Source: the human T2T-CHM13v2.0 reference genome, Homo sapiens. From it: DNA of 64,000 bases. The stretch lies in the NCBI RefSeq assembly GCF_009914755.1, contig NC_060939.1; one strand, 5' to 3'. Below, one piece after another: positions 55,051 through 64,000 of the stretch; position 1 is the first letter of the stretch; each line of letters opens with the position of its first letter. The translations under genes and the position numbers were made by a program. The notes beneath the pieces were generated by a model that saw nothing but the letters and a program-made list of their open reading frames with translations, made no database searches and had not been told where the DNA came from.

Positions 55051-55909
55051 ATGAAATAACTCAAATTCTGGTTTTTTGACTTTAGAAGTCAAAGAATCAT
55101 TGTGCTATCATTCTATATTTTGAGTCTACTGTTTAAATTCAGTTAAACTTAAGGATATGTGGCGCTACAAGGATTGGAGACATGAACTGCACCCAAAGCA
55201 AGCTGAAGTGATTCGGAACCACTGTGAACTGAACCCTCAAAATACGTATAGATGAGTGAATATTTACATAGGCCTAAATGTGCGTGTGTGTGTGTGTGTG
55301 TGTGCACGCGCATGTGCCTGTCTTCCTGCAACCCCCCAGCCCCAGAAACATTCTTAGGCTCAGCATTTGCCAGCATACAGAGTATTAGATTTTCCTTGAT
55401 TGTTTTGATAGCTGAAAAGTCACATTGTCAGGTAGCCCCAGCTCACTTCCTAGTTTGTAGGTTCTTTGATGCTGCTGTGAGATGTTCTCTCAGACATGTA
55501 TTTCTGTTGCTCTGATTAGATGAATGAAAAACTACAGTCTTCATCATAAATTGCTACCTGAGTTTTCTGTAGTTTTGCGCCTCCCATGGAATGTTACTGC
55601 TAGGGAATCTATTGCCATGTCACATTCTGCAGCCACCCATTTACCCTGGACCCTTGTTTACTGGATGCTTCAGTCCTCAAATGAAGGTAGCAAGACGAAC
55701 AGGGTTATGGGTTGCTACCATTGTGGCCACTTCAAGGGCATCAGCTACACAGTAGACAGGCGGCTGTCCGGTGCCCAGTGCTGTGTTTGGATGGATCCCA
55801 ACCTTGATTAGGTAAGGCTGTAAAGGGTTAGGGAGGAAGCCTCTTCCTACTTTTGTTAAAGAAGGCAAAGCAACTTTATTTCATATAGTCAAAAACAATG
55901 CAACAGCTC

Positions 55910-56221
55910 TTTTTTTTTTTTTTTTTTTTTTTTTGAGATGCAGTGTTGCTTTGTCGCCCAGGCTGGAGTGCAGTGGCATGATCTTGGCTCACTATAGCCA
56001 CCACTCCCGGGTTCAAGCAATTCTCCCTGCCTCAGCCTCCCGAGTAGCTGGGATTACAGGCGCCCACCACCATGCCCAGCTAATTTTTTGTAATTTTTTT
56101 TGGTAAAGACAGGGTTTCACCATGTTGGCCAGGCTGGTCTTGAACTCCTGACCTCAGGTGATCCGCCTGCCTCAGCCTCCCAAAGTGCTGGGATTACAGG
56201 CATTAGCCACTGTGACCAGCC
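55910..56221 (-). mobile_element. AluS SINE
   Basis: Full dimer with long T tail; cagctct on both flanks. Confidence 0.92.
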
Positions 56222-58508
56222 AGCTCTGTTCTTTTTTCACGAATTTAACCTTCTAAGTAGAAGTAGGAACCTTCTAAGTAGGAAGACATTTCTAAATGCC
56301 ACCCAATTTACCGACAGATTGGTTGTCAGTCATAGTCTGTATGTGTCTGTTTCCAACTTTACCTGTTTTGTAATTTACTAGAAAAATAGCAGAGTATAAC
56401 TTTGCCATTTTAAACAGAAGGTCGGGGTCCTAATGAAAGCGTTTTCTTGGTTCAGGATTTCTGTGGGTATTTCTGCCAGGGAGAGGCTAGAAGCAGGAGA
56501 GGGTGAGAGGGACTTTATAATCTCTATATAGCTTTGCAGTTGTTAAGATGGCACCCAGGAATGTGCTCACCCAGCTTGCTCCCAGGAGGTAGTATGACTT
56601 CAACCCAGTGAACCGGTCCTTTTTATGGAGTGGCCTTCCCAAGGATGTGATGACGTTGGTGACTGTACGAATGGCAATCTGTATCTAAGACAGCTATGAC
56701 TGCTCTATTCTATAATGAATGTTGTTGGCTTTTAAATGAAGCCTTTATAAATAAAGGGTCTGTTTACTTAAAAGTTAAAGGCATGATTTAGGATGAGCCA
56801 ACTAGACTGACAGAATTTACCTCAACCTGTAGGTGGATTCTCGAGTTAGCCGGAGTGTGTATCTGGGGAAAGCAGCCTAGAGTTTCATGGGTCTCTGACC
56901 ACAGGGTATGAAGAAAACCCAGGCTATTTAAAACATGTGTTTGCTTCTAGAAAATAAAACAGTATTTGTAGATGTTTTGAAAACATTCCCAAGGATGACA
57001 GAGGAGGAGACTTTGGTAGTCAACAGAGGCAACCCTCTTCCAGGGTCGTTGACGGAGCTGCAGTGTAGTCGGCCTCAGCTGAGGAGCTTCACTCCCTCCC
57101 TGCCGGAACCAGCCGCCACAACTGGCTTCTCCGTCAGCCTTAGGAAAAGCAGTCTTGTTGAGTTCTCTACAGTTCTTACTCACAGCCTCTCATCCATTGG
57201 GTGATAGAAAAAACAACAACTTGGGCTTTGCATTGTTTACTTTTACAAATCCCAATTCAGCTCCATTTCGAGCTGTCTAGGGCAGGGAAGAGGCCTCTGA
57301 TAAGCACAGCTGGAACAGCAGGAAAATATTCCCCAACCCTGCTGTTGACATGGCTTGCTTTCTTCTATCACCAAGGGGTCTCTAGAAATGATCAGAGAAG
57401 TGAGAGGAAATTTGAATACCAGATATATCTTCAGAATCTCCAGTCAACTCTAAAGATTTGAGCGGGGAGAGATGAACAGCACGATACAGAACCAACAAGC
57501 ACACAAACCTTCCGAAAGAGACCCGAACTCGTGGCCTCTTCTTTACATGTCCACCTGTCCTTCTCTTTCACCTCCTTGCCAAGGTGGCTGTGTCTCATTG
57601 CCAAACTGAAGACAAAAGGAAAATGAAAGTATTTGGGATCAGAATAATTGATCTTAGATTGGGAAGGGTCAGCGAAATCCTCTCATCCAGTATTCTGTTT
57701 TTCACAGAATAATCTAAGGGCTACTTAACCCCATGACAGACCTGTATTTTATCAGTGATCAGTTTTGGTCTAAAGATAATGTATAGGAAATGTGCCTTGT
57801 GGCAAAGGATATCGGTTTATTTTCTTCGTGGCCAGGGATATGTGGGGATAGGATCAGAACTTTCTGGATCCTTAAAAAGCATTCTATATAAAAAAATTAT
57901 GGAATGAAGAAAAGTTAAAAAAGAAACTGGGGTCCTTGCCTTCTCTGTGAATGAATGCTCCTGGCTGGGCCTAGAGACTAATATCATGCTGATATCATGC
58001 TTCTGTTCATGTTAGGGCCCACAAAACCGTGTCCTGTGATGGGTGGGGTTACAGGTCCCTGGAGCCCAGGGGCTTCAGACAACTTTGGCATTTGATGGGA
58101 TGTGGTCATGAATGTTCTCTGTGGCCATACAAGAGGAGGAAGCTACCATTGAAAAGGAAGGTCATCTGGTGATGAAGCTGGGCATTATCTCCCTTCAGGA
58201 GAGGCTCACAAAATGCTGATGGGCTTCTTCCATGAAGAATGCAGGAGTTCCAGGGGCAGGGCCGCTTGACACTCTTATAAATTTGAGGGGAAGGGGAAAA
58301 TGTTCTATGAGAATGGGAGCCTAGGTGGGTGGTGCACAAAATGGACATAATTAGTAGGGGAAGCTCAGGGGGAGGGTTGAAGGGTGGCAGGGGCTGTGGG
58401 AAGAAGGCCTCTGGGGAGGATGTTTGTGGCCATTGTATTGAAAGCCCACGGTTTCTCAGAACAGGCAGGTGATCAGAGCCTCAGTCTGCACATCAAATGT
58501 ATCACCTT

Positions 58509-58875
58509 TGTATTAGTCTGTTCTCATGCTGCTAATAAAGATATACTCAACACTGGGTAATTTATAAAGAAAAAGAAGTTTAATGGACTCACAGTTCCAT
58601 GTGGCTGGGGAGGCTTCACAATCATGGTGGAAGGTGAAAGACATGTCTTACATGGCAGCAGGCAAGAGAGAGACTGAGAGCCAAGCAGAAGCGGAAATAA
58701 TCCTTTATAAAACCATCAGATCTCGTGAGACTTATTCACCACCACAAGAACAGTATGGGGGAAACTGCACCCATGGTTCAGTTATCTCCCATTGGGTCCC
58801 TCTCACGACACGTGGGGATTATGGGAGCTACAATTCAAGATGAGATTTGGGGAGGGACACAGCCAAACCGTATCA
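58509..58875 (-). mobile_element. THE1B/C-like solo LTR
   Basis: tgtattagtctgttctcatgctgctaataaaga...tacaattcaagatgagatttgg...cagccaaaccgtatca. Confidence 0.9.
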
Positions 58876-58904
58876 GCCCTCAAGAGGATTACATATCTTC
58901 TAGG

Positions 58905-59287
58905 GTTCACACACGTTCCCTCTAATATTCAGGAGTTGCCAATGTGATGGTATTGAGAGGTGGGACACTCCAGATGATTAGGCATGGGGGCTCCTTTTTT
59001 CTGAATGGATTAGGTGCCCTTCCACAGAGACTTGACTAAGGGAGTTGGTCCCCTTTTGCCTCCTTGCCCTTCTGCCTTCTGCCATGTGAGGACACAGCAT
59101 TCCTCCTTCTTGGAGGATGCAGCATTCAAGGTGCCATCTTGGAAGCAGGGAGCAGCCGTCATCAGCCCAGCTGCTGCCCTGATCCAGGACTTCCCAGCCC
59201 CCAGAACTGTGAGAAGTAAGTTTCTGTTTTTTATAAATGACCCAGTCTCAGGGATTTTGTTACAGCAGCACAAAACGGACTGAAGCA
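58905..59287 (+). mobile_element. MST/MLT1A-type MaLR LTR
   Basis: gccatgtgaggacacagca...ggacttcccagcccccagaactgtgagaagtaag...ttgttacagcagcac. Confidence 0.78.
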
Positions 59288-59496
59288 GTATTCATCCCTC
59301 ATCTAACTTTCTGACCTAGCCTAACAAAGTTTTGAAGAGGACTCTTCTTATTTCTGGCTGAGGCATGAAGACAATAGGTGTGACACACCAAAGGGACTGC
59401 CGTGAACAAGTTTTGGGGTGGTGGATCAACAATTGGTGTCTCTGAAACCTCTCATCCACGTGAGGCATATCAATGAGTCAGGAGAGAGATTTTTAA

Positions 59497-59808
<312 letters not shown>

Positions 59809-59877
59809 CAGGAGAGAGATTTTGAAGGAAGTGTTTCTGAAAAGAACTTTGAGGTGAAACTTTACTTATATAAAGCA

Positions 59878-59879
<2 letters not shown>

Positions 59880-59916
<37 letters not shown>

Positions 59917-59928
59917 TGTGTGTGTGTG
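59880..59928. repeat. (TG)n microsatellite
   Basis: Direct reading. Confidence 0.95.
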
Positions 59929-60899
59929 GTGTTGGTTCTTCCTTCACTTCAAGTCAACAAAACCATGTAGAAAACCATATATGTCACTTTTCAGTAAGGG
60001 GCATAGTGGGCTGGTGCCTGACTCCTTGAGTGAGGGGTAGAAAATGAGCTAGGCAGGTGTGGATGGACAAGCTGATGGTGGCATGGGGGTGGGGAGGGTG
60101 GGGACTGGTTTGCATGAATAGCACTTGGGGCAAAGAAGGTGTTTCTCTGGACCGAAAGTGGGCCTTGGGTGAAACCCATTGTGAGGTTATCTAGGAACTT
60201 GTCAAGGCAAATTGAACTCAGTGAAGAAAAGCTAAAGCTGTTGCTGGATTCTTGAGGACTATAGATCAAGTAAGTGGCCGTCTAGTAAAGCCAAGTACGT
60301 GACCAGATAAAAGAAAGTGAGAGACCCCTAGTGACAGTTCAGAGGACCATGGAAGTGTCCCATTAGAGAAAACACCAGGTGGAAGCATGGGCCAAGCTCA
60401 GTACATGAATCCAGCTTCTGACAGTGTCAGGTAGGTAAGAATTTTCTTTTAATCCTCCTACTTCATCCAACCAACCCTGGAATGGCCAGCACTGCTTCTG
60501 CACGCAGAGGGAGAGGCCAACAGGAAAGAAGGAAGGTGCAGAAAACACACTGTTTTCCCGTCTGCTGGTTACTTCTTACAGCAGACCCTTGTAAGGGGTG
60601 ATGGGGACAGGCGTGACTATGAATGCAGACTGAAGTATACCTTATTAAAACACATTTTAGCTCCCGATATGGGATTGTTTTTGTGACAAAGGGACCACAG
60701 GACTCTGTGTTACTTAAGAGTGACCACGGAAGCCACGAGACTGCTGTCTTTCCTTCATGGGACCTTGAAAAATTACCCCTCATTGAAGGACTAACGTGAG
60801 AACAAAATCAAGTGACTTTGTGATGGAGTCCAATATCAGTTCTTCCCAAATTAACGTACATTTTAATGACTTCCGGTCTAGATCCTAGAACTGTGTGTG

Positions 60900-63800
60900 A
60901 ACATAGAAATGTCATGACAAGAAAGAAGAAACATTGTAGAAAGGAATACTAGGTTTAACTTACCATTCCAGAGAGAAACATTCTAAACATATACAGCAAC
61001 TAAAACAGCATAATGTCATACTACTGCAAGAATCCAAAGATGGTTTGGTGAACCAATATGGATAGTACAGGAACAGACAATAATCTGTATGAGAATCAAG
61101 TACATAAGGATAATACAAGAAACCAGAAACAGATTGTTCCATATACAGTGCTGAGACAAATGGTTAATTGTTTTGAAAAACATAAATTTAAATCTTTCAT
61201 AAAATAACTTCCAGATAATTAAATAGTTAAATGTAAATAATAAAGCTATAAAATACTAGAGGAAGAAAACAGGCAAAGGCCCCTCCCCCAATTTGTTTTC
61301 AAACCACTTAAGCCATGATAGCAGATACAAAGGAAAAGGGTGGTAAAATTGACTTTATCAAAATACATTTGTCAAACACACTACAGTCAAAATTAAGAAC
61401 ACAGTGATATTTTGGCTTCTGCCAATATGATGAACAAGACCCCTAAACTGACTCACTTGCTAAAAACAGTTGGATGTACCGGATAAATATATTTAAAAAA
61501 TTTCTAAACGAATATGAGACAAGATATTAAAGAACAGTAAGGCAAAAATAAAAATGAAAGCAGAGTCTCTGAGAAGTAGAACTCATTATCTGGCTTTGGA
61601 CTTGAGGTATTTGGTTAGGTCCTTGCTTGCCTGGTCTTAAATGTTATGGGGTGGCATTCAATGCCCAGCATCCATGTAAGGTGGAGATTGGAATAGGACA
61701 TCCACTTTATAAAACTGGGACTCTAGCGAGCTACATCAGTTTAAGGGTGGAGTGGAAGACACCCACTTTCACACCTGCAGGGGACTGCAAAGATAACTGT
61801 CAGGCTTAAGACTTGGAATTGAATTGAGGAGATGGGAATATTCCCTGGTAAATTGCCACAAACTAGCCCTTTTCTTTGTTTACTGCTGTCAAACCTGCCA
61901 TCTGGGAGGTCTACAAAAATCTCAATTTGAGATTGAAATGACTGAGGACTGGTAGTTTCCGTCAATGTCTTCCAGAAGCAAAAACTGATTCCAATTAGAA
62001 GAATTTATCTTCATTCTCAAAGTTCCAGATAAAAAGGAGCACTTCATAGTAAAACACACACACATACACACACACAGACATACACAAAATATATAGGTAC
62101 AAACAAAACACACAAATAACAAGGTACTTTGAGTGAAGGTCAGCAAACAGAGAAACATCAGATCCTTGAAGACTTCAAATATTAACATTTTCAGACACAG
62201 AAAATAATCTGTTAAATTTCAAAATGTAAAAGAACAACCTGAAACTGATTGAAGAACAGGAAGATTTGTAAAAAGAATCAAACAGATATTCCAGAAATTA
62301 AAAATGATTGACATGTAAAACTCAACGATGACATATTTCTACTTTTGATCAAAATTTAGTGACAGGGGCCAGATTTTTCTACTTTTGCTTTCAAAAACTA
62401 GAAAATCAGGCAAAGCACCTGAAACAACAGTTTTTAGACATTGGATACTTGGTAGACAAGAAGTGTGATAAGCAAGAGAAGTCAAGTCAGCCCTATGATG
62501 GCACCAGCTTGCATCCTAGAGGCAAATTTCAGGATACAAGTTAGGGAGGAGAGGCTGAAACTAAGGCTAGTGCCCTTACTGGGTTGAGGAGGCAGTGCTC
62601 AGATGTAGAGGAGGCCAAATAGAATGTAGCAGGTCCTCAAATAACGTCATTTCATTATAACACGAATGAGGAAAAAAATATCGATTCCTCACTGGGGCCA
62701 CCGTCTGTGTGAAGTTTGCATGATCTCATGTCTGTGTTTTCCTCTGGGTACTCTGATTTCCTCCCACATCCCAAAGATGTGCACACTAGGTTGATCGGCA
62801 TGTCTAAATTCTCCCAGTCCAAGTGAGTGTGAGTGTGTGTGTGAGTGTGCCCTGTGATGAAATGGCATCCTATCCAGGGTTGGGTCTCACCTTGTGCCCT
62901 GGGCTGCTGGGATAGGGTCCAGCCACCTGAGATCCTGAACTGAATAAGTGGGTAAAGAATTATCTGGCTTATTTTTATTAATCTGTGTTAAATGTCTGTA
63001 CAGCTCACAGTTATTTCAATATTTAACATTAGAAGTGTTTTGGTCTTTATGTAGAAGTTTGGTGATGTTTATGTGACCAGAAATATGCCATAGAAACTTA
63101 TTTCTTGTTTATGTCAATTAGCCTATGGTAAAATTGGTTTCATTATATGTTGTTTTGCTCAAAGTGGCAATTTCTAAGAACTTGTCAATGATATTGAGAA
63201 CTGAGTGTATATGGGACAGAATACCAGAGAAGAAGAAGGAACAGCTATAAAAAGAGCTCTGGAGATTTGCAGAGGGCTCCCTATGGATGTTTGACTAGGT
63301 ATTGATCTGTGCATGATTGAAAAAAAAAAAAAAACTACCAATGGCCAAGGAAGAACTACTAGAACTTCTGGAATGGAGACAGCAGAATAATTCCCAGAGC
63401 TCAGCAGGGATTGGGATAATTTAGCTACCACTGACCAGAGTCGAAAGCCCTCATAAGACATGAGACATCCAATAGAATCCTCAAAAGGGTATCCCCTTAA
63501 TAATGATTCTAAGTTAGTTCTGGACTAAAGGCTATTCTGACTCTTCTCTGACAAAGTGTAAAAGCAAAACTTGAAAGGATCTAACTGACTTAAAGTAACC
63601 TAACTGTGAGCCAGAATAAATTGCACACTGTTTAAAGACAACAAAATCGAACACCCAACAATTTAAATTTTACAATGTCTGGCATCCAGTCAAAAATTAC
63701 CAGGCATGAAAGAAGCAGAAAAATAAGGTCCATAACCCAAATAAAAATCATTAAATAGAAACACATCCCCAAATGACAGAGGTGGTAGAAATAGCAAACA

Positions 63801-64000
63801 AGGACATGAACACAGGTATACTCTGTGTGTTAAGAATGTAGAAGAAAACATGAGCAGATTGAGGAGAGAAATAGAAAATATAAGAATGAATTATATTCCT
63901 TTTGGTTAAAAAAAAAGAAAACTGAAAGGAAAAATAATACACTGAATGAGATGACAGGTTAAACACTACAGAAGAAAAGAAGAATGAACCTGAATATATA
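60900..64000 (+). mobile_element. Ancient L1M fragments (ORF2 piece, then 5'UTR/ORF1-region pieces)
   Basis: A-rich degenerate L1M motifs, e.g. taaagctataaaatactagaggaag and tctggcatccagtcaaaaattaccaggcatg. Confidence 0.55.
62627..63207 (+). mobile_element. MER6A-like TcMar-Tigger DNA transposon fossil
   Basis: agcaggtcctcaaataacgtcatttc...ggggccaccgtctgtgtgaagtttgca...cctcccacatcccaaagatgtgca; about 580 bp, ending before TA. Confidence 0.82.

Noticed and set aside
56247-56283. Short tandem duplication aaccttctaagtag
   Set aside because: Ordinary slippage-scale event.

Overview
Primate (human-like) genomic DNA, repeat-dense, with no intact protein-coding exon I can support; subfamily calls come from recalled consensus diagnostics, not a search. 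Contents: about 20 Alus, a full-length dead L1PA5-like LINE-1 (11747-17895, minus), a full-length THE1A element whose 5' LTR is split by an L1PA6-like fragment, several solo LTRs, MER DNA-transposon fossils, a 5S rRNA fragment and a (GC)12(AC)17 tract. The most notable element is a TSD-flanked processed copy of SEPHS1 (51125-54581, minus). It follows SEPHS1 only to codon 187, then switches to about 1 kb of sequence I cannot assign, ending in its own poly(A) signal, which suggests a fossil chimeric or alternative-last-exon mRNA. It also carries an AluY and a later L1PA2-like insertion that fuses an upstream ATG in frame to the ORF2 C-terminus. Other signals: shared non-consensus variants between two neighbouring L1s (likely gene conversion), a template-switch hairpin mutation, locally templated copies and a possible L1 3' transduction.
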